64,000 bases of DNA from Lytechinus pictus. Its lineage: Eukaryota. Numbering within the stretch: the stretch's first letter is position 1; every line of letters starts with the position of its first letter. Below the pieces are notes generated by a model that did no database searches, had not been told where the DNA came from, and worked only from the letters and a program-made list of their open reading frames with translations. The translations under genes and the position numbers were made by a program. Positions 35,240-49,194 of this stretch are shown here, in pieces. The DNA lies in the NCBI RefSeq assembly GCF_037042905.1, contig NC_087251.1, positions 47,742,001 to 47,806,000 of the forward strand, written 5' to 3'.

Positions 35240-38200
35240 AAAGAGCGGGAAGAAAGATGGACTGCATACAACATTGTGCTATAAGCTTGCTAAATTTTAT
35301 GCAAATAAGCTACCGGGGCTCTGTCCCAGACCCCACGCAGTAGGGGCTCTTCATTTATAACCTTCAAATGGCTCTATAACGCCCCCCCCCCCGTTCAATC
35401 ACGTTCAATCACTGGCATACAGGCGGGGGGTCTTGGTTCCACACCCTAGTGGAAATAAAAGAAATTATATAACGTATAATTAAATGAATAGAACAATGAA
35501 ATGTGTTATTTGTTGAATATAATGGAAAAATCTATCACATAATTAGAATTTAATTTCAGTAGGCATTTTTTTTCCAGCTCGCTTTGCACGCTGGCGACTT
35601 TTTACAAATTTTCCCACATTGCTATGTTTTACCCCCTCAAAATATTTGGTTCATTACGCAACTGGGTTGAGTAAATGTGTTGTGTAAAAGCTATATTCTG
35701 TATATGCCCGCGATTTGATTAAACTAGCGGCAATCTGCGAGGTTTAAATGGCTTTGATATCAAGAAGTTCCGGGGGCTCCGCCCCGGATCGACCCCAACC
35801 GCACAGCACTGCATGCGTATGGAAGGGTTGGGCCATGGCCCCAAGAAGTTCTTCAAACAAGAACCAAAAATAATGGAGGAAAGAAAAGCAAAGGAAAAGT
35901 GTAGGATATGATTTTATTTACTGAATATAATGTCAAAAAAATAGCTCAAAGTTAGATTTTCATAAAAAGGTGATTTTCACACAGTGGCGTACAGACCACA
36001 AAAAAGGAATCCAAAGAGAGAAGAGTGAAATATATTATTCTCTGGATATCATGTCAAAATCTATCACTAAATTTGATTTTTGTATTAAAAAGGTCAAAAT
36101 TTTTGCTCGCTCGCTCGCAACTTTTTTTTAAAAGATAAATTCTGCCCGATACGGAATATCTCATTATCTGGCCGTCTCAAAATAGTCGCCTCATTCGGGG
36201 CCTCATTACACCATTACGCCTGTTCCCCGGCCACCGACCCCTGTTACGCCGCTGTGGCCTTTTAGCAAAAGCTTATATCAAAAGGGCCCCTTGAAGCAAA
36301 AAACAAAAACAAAGAAAAACAAGTACATAGAATTGATTAAAATAAATACATTATACATATTTAAAATACGAAAAGCATACAATTTTGGAATTCGGGTAAT
36401 TGAAACACAGTTTGACATATCAGCCGGACACAATATATGATTTTAGCTCTTTGTCATCTCAAGTTCTTTTGCAATTGAATGTCATGTAAGTTTCCTCAAA
36501 GTATCAGTTTTCAGATTAGAATATCACAAATTTTCTGCTCGCGCTTCGTGCTAAATCCTTTTTAATGATATTGTAAAAAGTAAATAAAAATGTTCCATTT
36601 ATTTAGGTCTATATTACATGTAGACCTATAACAATACCATCCCGTTTTGGGTTCGCAATAATTGTTTTTACCCGTATAAAAATCTGTCAAAAAGGAAGAA
36701 AGACATAAACATGATAAAGAAAAGAATGTCTCTCCCAAAAAGGAGGATAATTGTCATGAAGTGTAATTCTTATCATGTTTCAATTAGAAAATTTGCTTAC
36801 ATGGTTTAAGTTGTAAAAGTAGCCTCTGTGCGTAGGGCATATGTACAGTTGTTGTTGAAATAATTTAAACAACGCTGTTAACCCTGATAGCAGAAACTGG
36901 TAAAAATGACGTCATAATTACGTCAGTTTAACGACGAATGTCACGTCATTTTGACGTCGTAACATGACGTCTTATTGACGGGATCTTGCACCCGCGAATA
37001 ACGTCATTATGACGTCGTATATTGACGTCATTATGACGTCTCCAAGAGTGACTACGACGTCTTAATGACGTCTTAGCAACGTTTTTACAACGTTTTCCTG
37101 ACCAGTATCAAGGGTCAGATTGACGTCGTGTATTGACGTGATTATGACGTCTTCGAGAGTCAACAACGACGTCTTAATGACAACTTTGCGACGTGTTCCT
37201 GACCGGTTTTAGACGTCATATTTATGTAATTATGACGTCTTTAAAAGTCATCTACGACGTCTTAATGACAACTTTGCGACGTATTCCTGACCAGTTTCAG
37301 ACGTCATATTGATGTAATTAGGACGTCTTTATAAGTCAACTACGACGTCTGAATGACGACTTTGCAACATATTGCTGACTAGTAATAGACGTCATATTGA
37401 TGTCGCATATTGAAATGAATATGACGTCTTTTGGAGTCAACTATGATATCTTAACGTATTCTGACGTGATAATGACCTAAACATTAAATTCTGCATGCAA
37501 TGTACATGTACATACACACATCACTTCAAAGACCTTGTCATTGAGGATTATCTATATTTGGTGAATACTGAGGTGGTCTGACAATGTCCAGCATTCCCAG
37601 TAACAATATAATGATCCTCCATGCCAGGGCCTTGCATAACTTGTCTCGGTCTCAAGAACATGACCCCCCCCCCCCCCCCGAAAAAGAATATATACAAAAA
37701 TGGAAAACAAAATCAAATACATGTACGCATTTCAATTACGAAATCGTGGCAAATATTCTATTAATAAATAAAAGTTGCATAACATATTACCGGCAAAAAA
37801 AAAAGGAATACAAAATGTTGAAAACTCTAAATAGATTGAAAAAAAAAACACTTTTCTATGAAAATGCAGTATTAGGGTCAAAGGAATGAAATTACAATGT
37901 TTGTTATACCAATACATACAATTGTACATGTATAAATACACATTAATACATAACAGAGGCATAATGATCTCCAAGAATAAAGCTTTTTCGTTGAAATTGT
38001 AATTAAATATACCTTCAACTTTAGACAACTATGTAATGTAGGTAAAAATATACTGTATGTAAAAAAAAAATACCCGAGTTGGAATAGTTTCAGGATTTAT
38101 GGAAGCTCGCATTTGGGTGAAAGAATCATACATGTACATTAATTCTTATGAAATGTTTGGGTTGTATTACACTATCACTTAGGGCCAGGGGTAAAAGACA

Positions 38201-38283
38201 GTAGTTGCAGCAAACAATTATTTCTTCGGAAAGTCTTTTAAATTAAGGTTAATTGTCAAAATATTGTACATAATCTAGATCTG

Positions 38284-38556
38284 GGCCCTGTCTTACAAAG
38301 AGTTACGATTGATCCGATCAATCATAACTCTATGGAAATCCATCAGTGTCATAATTTTTTCTACGAAAAATTTGCACAATGTCCTTTGTATGCAAAGAGA
38401 AACGCAGCGAATTTTTGAGAAAACAATGAATGCATGAGCATACATCATAGCTAGAAAATATTTTGAACAAACATGCTTAATAGATGTTAACGTTGCTGAC
38501 CGTCCATAGTTGCGATTGATCGGATCAATGATCATAACTCTTTGTAAGACGGGGCC
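38284..38556. mobile_element. Harbinger-like MITE
   Basis: TIR ggccctgtcttacaaagagtta and CTG TSD; the empty site is visible in the duplicated host at ~39125. Confidence 0.85.
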
Positions 38557-39665
38557 CTGGTAAATTAATGTAAACTTGTATCTTTGTAAAATCATGAATT
38601 TTTATCTTAAAATCAATAATTCTGATGATCACTAACACAGAAAAGCATATGTGGGACAGGACAGTGTATTATGATTGATTTGAAAAATACCCGACATTTG
38701 ATAGAATTACATGCTTATTTTGCTCATTTCTCAGCAATTACACATTTTCTTCCCGAGCTTTTTGGCACACATCTTTTATATATACATACACTTTGCTGGT
38801 AATTCTGTTGGATTCTGTTCGAACTCATTTTAAGATAGTTACTACTAGAGGTGCGCTATTAACTTAAGGCAACTATGTAATGTAGGAAAAAATATACTGT
38901 ATGTAAAAAAAAAAATACCTGAGTTGCAAAGTTTTCAGGATTTATGGAAGCTTGCATTTGGGTGAAAGAATCATGCATCAATAAGTCTGATGAAAATAGT
39001 TTGTGGAACTGTTGTATTACACTATCACTTAAGAAGGAAAATACAGTAGTTGCAGCAAACAATTATTTCTTGAGAAAATCTATAAAATCAAAGTTAATTG
39101 TCAATATATTGTACATAATCTACATCTGGTACATTAATGTAAACTTGTATCTTTGTAAAATCATGAATTGTTTAACTTAAAAATAAAATCGATAATTCTG
39201 ATGATCGCTGTAAACACAGAAAAGCATATGTGGGACAGTGTATTATAATCGATTCGAAAAATACCTGACATTTGATAGAATTACATGCTTATTTTGCTCA
39301 TTTCTCAGCAATTACGCATTTTCTTCCCTACATGTAGCTACGTAGGCTTTTTATGTGAGCTGAGAGATTTCATACCAGATTTCCTTTGCTTGATAAAGTT
39401 CTTATGATAGTCTGTGTATCAGCATAGCATGTGTTCAGTGTTTTGAACCCACTGGAGATTGTGCATCATATCTTTATGTATGGAAGTCATTTTGCGTCTG
39501 CGGTCTCCATGGTTTTTTCAGGATCTATGTGTTGACTAGACCAGTCCCATATTGATATTTTCGTGCTGTGTCACTTTGGAAGGCCGTCTCTAATTGGTTG
39601 ACTGGTGAGTTGGCAGATGCACAGCCCATCCCACTTTTCAATTATATCATTACGTAATCTCTAAC

Positions 39666-40285
39666 ATGTCTAAGATATCCACCAGATCAAGAGGCCGCTT
39701 GCACTCGGCTAACGCATGTACACAATCCTCTGCTTCATCATTAACTGGATCTAAACAAAGCCCAGCATACCTAGATCATATTGATACAGTCGTTCAAAGA
39801 GCGGTGGCCGTGGCAATGGAACGCGAGAGACAAAAACTCAATGATGACATGGATAAGCGCGAAAATAAATTGCGTGAAATTCTTGATGAAAAGCTCACTA
39901 GTCTACACGTTCTTGAAATATCTATCGATACTAAATTGAAGCAACTCCGTGATTTTGAAAAATCGGTTTCTGATAACATGACTAACACCATAATGCTTTG
40001 TCAAATAGGCTTGACCACATCGAGCAGTACTCCTGTCGCAATAATATCCGTATGAGATTGTTCGAAATGTAGCAAAGCAGATTGGTATCGATCTTACTCC
40101 ATGTGACATTGATCGATCCCATCACCTTTGCCGACCAACTAGCAGTCATGATGTTCAACCCAAAGGATCATACCCCGGCGTGGCCCTGTAATGCCAACTT
40201 AGCAGCTCCACCAATCAATGTGAAATTCACTTCATACAGGCCGAAACAAACGATGATGAAAAATAGAGGAAAATGAAAATGCTCA
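39666..40285 (+). mobile_element. Degenerate LINE ORF1 (coiled coil plus L1-type RRM region)
   Basis: Coiled-coil-like ORF followed, across frameshifts, by HIEQYSCRNNIR, IDRSHHL and PPINVKFTSYR, resembling the LEQYSRRNNLR / IDRAHRL / PRPIIVKF motifs. Confidence 0.7.
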
Positions 40286-41461
40286 GGAACAGATGACTGG
40301 GTGCAGGCAGGCAAGGCAGTTCAGGTGGGATGAAAATTTATTGGCAGGACACCTTCCGTTTCAAATTACAGCATCTGCAAAAATAACAGAAGAGGAGAAA
40401 CATAAAAACTTTTTCTACATAAACTATTTATTAATCTTCATTAAAAACTAGATGGTTTCAATATTAATTTCCAATTTATTTTAAATGATTAAAAAACGAT
40501 GTGGGGTTTGTTACATATTTTATACTTAAAATATTAACATGTTAAGTCAAGTCGGGGGGGGGGCATGATGCCCTCAAGACCTTTAACCATCTCTGTATAA
40601 GGAAGGAAATTTTAAAATCTATTTATTTGACACATGAAACATATTATTTTTTTATAATTACAATTTTAATTCATGCCTTTTTTATGTGTTTTAAATGGTT
40701 ATGGGGTAACCAGGACTGTCAGGACCGAGAATTCGAACTTCTAGGCTGAAATACAGCCATTCCCTATGCCTGATTTGGCTTAAATTCAGGTCAAGGATCA
40801 ATTAAATATATATTTTGCAAAAAAAATCTGACAAATTTTGAGGTGGAATTAGTTTTCTGGCATCGCGAGATCGACCAATGCAAAATTTTATTAGCGCCAA
40901 TTTACCATCTAAACTTGTCATTGAAATTAGAACGTCCAAACCGATCCAGTAACAGTACTAGCACAATGAATCAATGAGCTATGCATGTGCACCAATTCTG
41001 TATTTCTTGCATACGTACGTCACTCGAGTTAAAGTTCATGTCATTGCGTTATATAGCGTGGGAATTGTAAGAAAGTGATCCTTCAAAATTTTTACCTTCC
41101 AACAATTAACACTTTTTAAGCCTTTGTATGCATTTAGAGTACAAAAGCTTACAAATTGGACAAATTAAATGTTTGCCCCAAAATTATTGTGGGAAGGGTG
41201 GATTTTCTAGGGAAATCCATCTTAGTGTACAAAGTTCTACAGGCAACAGAGACTTGTCTAGGCTCCGTGAATGAAAATACAATGAAAAAATATCACAGAG
41301 TCCTCGAAGTACAGTCAGGACCATTAACAGATTATAAGGTGCCCCGAGTTTGTGCACACCCAAATCTGCGTGATTCTGATAATAGAGATTCCCAATGATC
41401 CCCCCCCCCCAAAAAAAAGGCTTTACATCTGAAATAGCCTTCTAACTTACCTACATGTACT

Positions 41462-41642
41462 GCCCGATGCCTCCTATCATGTAGGGCAGCAACGAAGGAT
41501 CTCCACTCCTGGCATCCAGCGATTCTGGGCCTTCTTCTGGAAACTCCCCCAGGCCAGGTCCTATTCACTGACTTCATCTCCTCCTCAACTCCTCATGTGT
41601 GACACCGAGACAGGTGGTTTTGTGTCTCCCTCTCTTTCTCCT
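41462..41642 (-). mobile_element. RTE-type LINE 3' remnant
   Basis: QEWRSFVAAL C-terminal motif. Confidence 0.6.
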
Positions 41643-41740
41643 GAAATGTCAAACAGATCTATTCATTAAAAATCTTACTCAAAATGGTGCTTTTGGTAGA
41701 AAAATAATAAATATAGGGCATTTCATGTGACGGCCTTAAC

Positions 41741-42527
41741 CCTTATTAAACTGGGGGGGGGGGTCAATTTGACCACCCCCCCCCCTCAACAAATTTCATC
41801 ACTACGCTGTCGCGCAAAAAATTTTGATCTCGCCGCTCACTGACTTTTTACTTTCAAGTCTCGCGCAAATTTTGAGACCAAATTTGTGACGCCCGGGTAC
41901 GCGGTTACGACATTACGCAACATTATGTAAGTGCATGTCAGACCCAAAATTGCTCATAAACATGATTTCATGTACAAATCCAATGCAAAATGTGTATTTA
42001 GCCAAAATTCATAAATTTATCATTATTTCTACTTTTACTGATTAAACTTTATTAATTTTGCCTTGTTTATGATTAGAATTAAGTCTAGAACGATTTCCAT
42101 CGAAAATACAATAAAAAACAAAATGTAAAAAAACAAAGAAATACATGATTTAAAAAAAATAAAATACATAAGAAATCGGTCTTGGTACCAGATTTTTTTT
42201 CATTCACAATTGTTAGGAATGCTATAAAGAATATTTTCACCCAAAAAATAGCATTCTAGGAGCTTTATTTAGTGAATCAGAGCAAAAAGTATGATTTCAT
42301 GAATAAATTAGCATAATTAGGCCTAGGCCTAATTCATATAAAATAAAAAAATATGAATTCAGTGAAATTTACCAATGCAACTACGTAGATTACGTCATTC
42401 TCTACCATCATGCAAATTTTCGTTGTGATCGTGCAATCCACGGCCGAGATCTTTTAAGGGGGGGGCAATAATACCCCCCCCCCCCCGGGAATGACAAGAA
42501 TCAAAATACCCCGGTAGATTTTAGGAT
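41741..42527. mobile_element. piggyBac-like MITE related to 11962-12696 (inverted)
   Basis: TTAA|ccctta start; shared internal sequence in reverse orientation. Confidence 0.7.
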
Positions 42528-43307
42528 TTAAAAAATTGTCAGTACGGTATATCATCGAGGATCTACATAGTATTACTATTAGTACATGTAGATCTGGTAC
42601 AGTTACATAAACTGAACTTTGTGAAATCTTGAAATCTACACTGAAAAATGTTCAAACTGAAGATCACCAACACAGATAAGAGCACGTGGGACAGTTATTA
42701 TTGCTCTGATTAATGTCGGCCCGACGCTTGCCTTGGCTCGAGTTGACCCGAATCCTGTGCTTTTTTTGCTTATTTCGCAGCAATTACACAATTTCTTCCA
42801 GAATCCTTTGGCACATACGGTATATTATTTATAAATATAGACAGACACTTTGGTGGTCATTTCATTGGATTCTGTACGAACTCATTTTGATATCGTTACC
42901 ACAACTGGCATTTACCTTAAAGTGTGCACTGTGACTGTGCAGACTTGGGCCCTGAGCCCACCAGCGCAGCCTGTCCTATTCAGCATGCCGGCGCTCGGGG
43001 CAGCCACCCCGGCCGGGCAGTGTCAGTGCACGAAATCTAAAGCCAAAGGCAAGCCGCGCTCCGAAAAGAAAATCTTAGAAGATGGTTATCTAACTTACTG
43101 TTTGGTCTCCTGCGAATGCCTTCGAAGTCGTTATCCAAATCTGAACCGTGTTCTTAAAGTAGTAGAACTATTATTAACGGCCATCTTCGTCGCACTTAAT
43201 TCTCGATCCAAAATTAGGCTGCAACATTTAACGGCGAAAAATTCATAAAGAGCTTAAGACAGTGTTCTACAGGAGTAGCCTCTCTGAACACTTCAAGAAG
43301 TATTGCC

Positions 43308-45077
43308 GTAACTCCGCAGGACAGGGCAAATGTCCTCAACTGCCAGTTCGAGTCTGTGTTCACTCAAGAGGACTGTCACAACCTACCTACACATATAACT
43401 TCTTCTTGTCCATCTACATGTATCAGTCAAATTGTGATAACGAGCCAGGGAATTGTAAAACTCTTGAAAGAACTTAAACCACAAAAGGCACCAGGCCCAG
43501 ATGGAATCCTACCATCAGTTCTAAAGGAATGTGCAGACAGCATTGCTCCAATTTTACAACAGATCTACCAAAAGTCAATAGATACTGGAGAACTTCCTGA
43601 GGACTGGTTAAGGGCAAATATCTCTCCCATATTCAAAAAGGGGGATCGCTCCGAAGCTAGCAACTATAGACCTGTTTCGTTGACGTCTATTCCATGTAAA
43701 TTGTTAGAACATATCATCCACTCAAACATTATGAATCACCTCGAGAAACATGGGATACTAAATAAAGAACAACATGGCTTCCGGAAAGGTCACTCCTGTG
43801 AAACCCAACTTGCTGAAACTGTCAACGACCTGGCCGAGACCTTGAATCACCAGGGCCAAGTAGATGTTATCATAACTGACTTCAGCAAGGCCTTTGACAC
43901 CGTCCCTCACCAGAGACTTCTTCTAAAGCTGAACCAATCAGGCATCACAGGACCCCTCCAAATACAAATATGGATAAGAAACTTCCTTACTAAACGGTCT
44001 CAGAGGGTAGTACTAGAAGGCGAAGCATCAGCCTCTGTTCCTGTAAGATCGGGCGTCCCTCAAGGTACAGTTTTAGGGCCTTTGCTATTCTTACTGTACG
44101 TCAACGATCTTCCCAAAGATATACAGTCACATGTTCGACTGTTTGCAGATGACTGTATACTTTACCGTGAGATAAAATCACAGGATGATGGGAAAGTTCT
44201 ACAACAGGACATAAATACCCTGTGTAACTGGGAAGCTACATGGCAAATGAGATTTAACACCGATAAGTGTCATGTCATGCACGTCACTCATAAAAGGAAA
44301 CCCCTTCTAACCACCTATGATATGAATGGGAAACGACTAAACGTTGTCACAAGTCACAATTACTTGGGTGTCGAGATAAATAGCAAATTAACCTGGTCGG
44401 ATCATGTTAATACTACCATATTCAAAGCGAATAGGGTTTTAGGCCTCCTTCGAAGAAACTTGTATAGTTGCCCCCGTAATGTAAAAGAAACAGCCTATAA
44501 AGTGTTAGTACGTCCAAAGTTGGAGTACTGTGCTTCTGTGTGGGACCCATACACGAAAGACCAGATCAGTAGACTAGAAGCAGTTCAACGAAGAGCAGCT
44601 AGATTCGTCTGTAAAGATCACAGGAGAACCAGTAGTGTTTCCCAGATGCTGAAGTCACTTGAATGGAAATCTCTCGAAGATAGAAGAGCTATCTCAAGAC
44701 TTACACTTTTATATAAATCTGTAAATCACAGTGCTTCAATCAACGTAGGTCGATACTTAACAACCCCCTCTCAAAATTCTGTCAGGACACGGAAATCATC
44801 GTCAATCTCTTTCTCCCGACCAACAACAAAAAAAGATTGCTTCAAGTACTCCTTCCTTCCGAGGACTATGGCAGAATGGAATCTGCTACCAGTAGACATA
44901 CGTGAAGCTAAATCGGTCGATGGTTTCAAGACAAGGCTAAACAAAATTCAAATGTCTACTTTCATCCGGGGGGCACACCATTAATTCAAATTCATCACTA
45001 GCCACACACGCCTGCAGCAATTATATCCCAATTGAGGAGTTTGCCTGCAGTAACAGGAAGAAGAAGAAGAAGAAGAA
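43308..45077 (+). mobile_element. CR1-group LINE, 5'-truncated, uninterrupted RT ORF (43356-44984)
   Basis: KAPGPDG, NYRPVSLTS, DFSKAFD, GVPQGTVLGP and FADD motifs; (GAA)n tail; no endonuclease domain. Confidence 0.95.
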
Positions 45078-46267
45078 AAAACGGGCGCATTCCTTTTTCA
45101 AATTAAATGGTTGCGACTGCGCCAGTTATATGCAGTGCAGCGCGCACGCGCAGGCTCGACGCCCGGCGGCGAATTAATTCTGCGGATCATGAATTTTTTA
45201 TAGGGGGTGAGCCCGGGGGCGTGCATGGGGGGGGGGGGGGGGGGTGAGCTAACTAGGGGCATGACACCACTTGCGAAAAAAAAGTTTTAAAATAGATACA
45301 AACTTCTTTGTCATATAAAGCTTCCTCTTGTTTGGTTTGGTTGGCAACCAGTTATATAAGAAATGATTATTTTTGCCACTGCTTTTGAAACTTTTTTTCT
45401 TTGAAGAATTATATACTTTACCTAAAATAAAAAAAAATCTGTACTATTTTTTTTTAGTTTTACTTTTCCTTTTATAAGTAGAAATAGCCTTGCTAACATG
45501 GCAAGGTTGAAAAAATGGCAAAATAGTATGTGGCTTTGAAATTAAACTTGTAAATTTCCTCGTCGTTGATTGGTAAAATTTGATGTCATAATCACGTCGT
45601 AATGTGGTCATATGAAAACGCAAATTTCTTTGTCGTTGTTTGGTAAATAAATGATGTCATAATCACGTCATAATGTGGTCATATAAAAATGCAAATTCAT
45701 TTGTTGCAGATTGGTCGATAAATGACGTCGTAATCACGTAATAATCTGGTCATATAAGAAAGCAAATTTACTTGTCGTAAATTGGTCAGTAAATGACGTC
45801 GTAATCACGTCATAATCTGGTCATATAAGCGAGCAAATTTACTTGTCGTAAATTGGTCAGTAAATGACGTCGAAATCACGTCATAATCTGGTCAAATAAA
45901 AATGCAAATGAAAGTTGCCATTCTAAGTCGTCAAAATGACGTCGTAAGAACGTCATAAATACGACGACATGACGAGTATTACCACTTTACGATCAGTTAA
46001 TGACGTCATTACGACCGTGTCTGCTATCAGGGTTTATTATGTGAATCGCACATAGTTGTTTAAACAAGTGTTTAAAATCTTGAACAACAAAGTTTAAATT
46101 ATTAAAATATTCAATTATCAATAATTCAAGCATGTTTTTTTTAAAGATTTTAAACACATGTTTAAACTGTTTAAACAACTACTGTGCGATTCACATATTA
46201 AGCAGTGTTGTTTAAATTATTTTTAACAGTATGGTGGCCCACTCGGCTCCTTTGTTTTTCCGCTTAA

Positions 46268-46859
46268 AGGGGAATCCAGCCTTGGCCATAAAATGTTGTG
46301 TTGGGAAGGAGAAAAATAAATCAAACAGAATGGCGAAAGTTTGAAAGAAATCGGACAAGCAATAAGAAAGTTATAGCTGCTTTAAAATTGAGATCACTAA
46401 TAGTCTGTAGATTTCAAATTGGCTGGGTAAGTAAATTATGACAAGGGGCAAGGACAACTTTCCCATAGGCCATGTACTTTATTATCAGGGATTTGTGGTT
46501 TTCTGCTAAGTACCCATTCCCCTGGGGCAGTAATCTAAATATAATCCAGGTAGTATATTGTTTTATGTCCTCATGAAAGAAAAATATAAATTGAAATAAA
46601 ACTTTTGGGAAAAATGACATTTTAGCCATAATATATATTGGAGTACATGGAAGAGTAGTCCTTGCCTTACATCACTATGACATCCCATATGCGGCCAATT
46701 TGAAGTCTCCATGGGTATAGTGATTACCAATATTTACAACTTTTAAAAATTCATAATTTTCTTGTTGTTTGTCCAATATTGTTCAAACTTTCACCTATCA
46801 ACTTGTTTGATTTTTCTTTTTCTTATAAAAACAAGTTTTTATTTGGGTTGGATCCCCCT
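46268..46859. mobile_element. Kolobok-like MITE
   Basis: TTAA|aggggaatcca ... tggatccccct|TTAA. Confidence 0.75.
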
Positions 46860-49194
46860 TTAAAACTTTAGATATTTTTTTTAAATTTATCCCATCGTTC
46901 ATTGCTTGGTTTCCAACAGACTTTGTTATTACCAAGTAATATTATCCTAAGTTTCTCAATATAATAATCAAGCTAATTCCCATGCATGAAACTAGACTCT
47001 GTATTTCATTCATGGAAAGTAAAAAGCTCTCTGTCGAAAAATAATAATTTGGAACTATATACCATCAACAAATTATTTTTTAGTAAAATAAATTTCAGCT
47101 TTAAAAAAAGGTTTACTAAAACTTAATTTGTATTCAAAGCATCAATGATAATTCACACGCCCGTTTTCTTTCTTTCTTTTTCTTTTTTTTCTTTCTTTTT
47201 GCTTATCTTGTTCATTGTTTCTTTACTCGTTGAGGTTTTTTTATCCCTGTAATTTTGTGATGTACAATTTATATTCTAATATAATCAATTTTGAATTATA
47301 CATTTTTCGTGATGGAAACTTTTGTTTTGCAAAGCTGAGGCTTTTCCAAATGTTCTCCTTTTCCATTATCAATCTATTGTAAATGAACAGACTTTATGCA
47401 TTACTGCTTATATTCTAATATTTGTATATACACGTAAAGCACATTGTAATAATTGTGTGAATATTTTTTATGAGAGTGGCCAATTAATGATCAATAAATC
47501 AAGTATCAGATATATTTTTCCTATATATATATATATAGGCCGTGTAACGAATCTTTGTGATGACCACGCCCTCTTGTGTTCACATTCCTCTGTAACGTCG
47601 TCGACGACGCGACAGATCGATCCGGAGTCGGAGATTTCTGCTAAATTTTCAAGTAAATCAAGAGCACTGTACGTATGAATACATTAATTTCATACTAGTT
47701 GATGATAGATAGTAAGTACACAGCTTTCTTTTTATTAAATTAAAGTGATTGATTGTTCTAAGGTTTCCAAAATGGGGGTATGAATGTGTATGTTGGAGGA
47801 GTGATCAGTGAGACAGAGAGGAACGGGTGCGCCCGTCTTGGATACGATTGACGCTGTTACTTTACGGGCCAGCTCGGGCGCAGTAAGGTCCTGGGCAACC
47901 GCCTCGAGATCGAGCTTACCGCCGCTCGATTCCAATTCTGCGCAGCCAACATCGCATCGTCGTTTGTCGCAAAGCCAAAGGTTCTATACTTCTATAAAGC
48001 AGGATGCTTGCTGCTGCTAGACAGCTGGCAGCCATCTGTTTCAAGGAGTTTTTGGCCTTATCGTCATCCAAGTCACTGGGGACAAACTTGAGACACATGG
48101 GAATCCACTGCCACGGTTGGAAGATTTTCAAAAGAAATCTATTGTTCGCGATGGGAAACGTGCGAAGGTTCTCACTGAACAGGGACTTCCTTCCAGTTCC
48201 ACCACATGTTTTCCCATTGACACAATATTCAATAACAACTGACTGACACTTTTTCAAACGACAAAAATAGTCTTTCTTTTCTCTCCTGTGGCTGTATATT
48301 CTTCCAAGTTTTTTATTTTATTATTTTTTTTAAATTCTTCCAAGTTGATGAAACAATTATCAAAAACACTGTCTAAATAAAACAAAATTAATCACCACAA
48401 AAACACTATTTAACTGTCAAATTACTCCTTGTGATCCGAGTCCCCTTTTTGTGTTAAGACTGGGCAATTTCTCATAGGAGGGGGCTTGGATAACGAGGAG
48501 TACTATTAGTAGGGTGTCTGGAGAAATAAATCATTTTTATTATTTCAAGAAAATATCACATTTTCTTTGTGAATTTGAAGAGAAATGACCTTCAGACTGA
48601 CAGAAATGTAACATTTAAAAAAAAAATCAAATTATTGGCTGCAAAAAAGATGAATGAAATTAGGTCAATTTTCAGCATTTCTCTGCCATAGACATAGTCT
48701 GTGTAGTTAATAAATGGACACACACAAATCCAAATTTTTAGCTTCCGAGAGCTGTTATAAATTATATTAATGCCAAAAACTTGTCCATAAAGAGTTCAAT
48801 AGGATTTTTAATGCTCTTTCTGATGGTATGTTTTTTATAAAGATTTGGAAACCAGATCACAATGAAAAATTGCGACAAAGTGAAACAAATTGTGCAAAAC
48901 AGAAATTTCATTTTCCTATAGAAAACGCATGGGGAAATGGCAATCTCAACACACACAAAAATAAGGGTTTGCAATTTATCTCTAAATCCTTATTTAAAAT
49001 GATCATATAAACTTGTCCTTACTGTCAAAAGAAGCCCCTGAATTTTCTCTTTCCATGCCAAACACAAGTTAATAATCAATTCAGATCACATTTTTCTAGT
49101 AGCCTGAACTTCCCAAAAAAATGTGCCATATTTCCCCCTAAATCAGCCTGTTTTATGCTGACACTTTTCAGTGTGGCTTCAGACACCCTACAAT

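Larger units (their letters stand above)
31533..36254. mobile_element. Outer hAT-like non-autonomous element
   Basis: TIR cagtggcgtaacagg / cctgttacgccgctg; no matching TSD seen. Confidence 0.55.
36881..46033. mobile_element. 9.15-kb TIR insertion with GACGTC-rich subterminal arrays and nested cargo
   Basis: TIR accctgatagcaga / tctgctatcagggt and TTA duplication. The flanks rejoin to form one arm of a palindromic MITE. Confidence 0.8.

Noticed and set aside
39666..44984. LINE ORF1 fragment and RT ORF as one full-length element
   Set aside because: They are separated by ~3 kb of unrelated repeats, there is no endonuclease domain, and their degrees of decay differ greatly.
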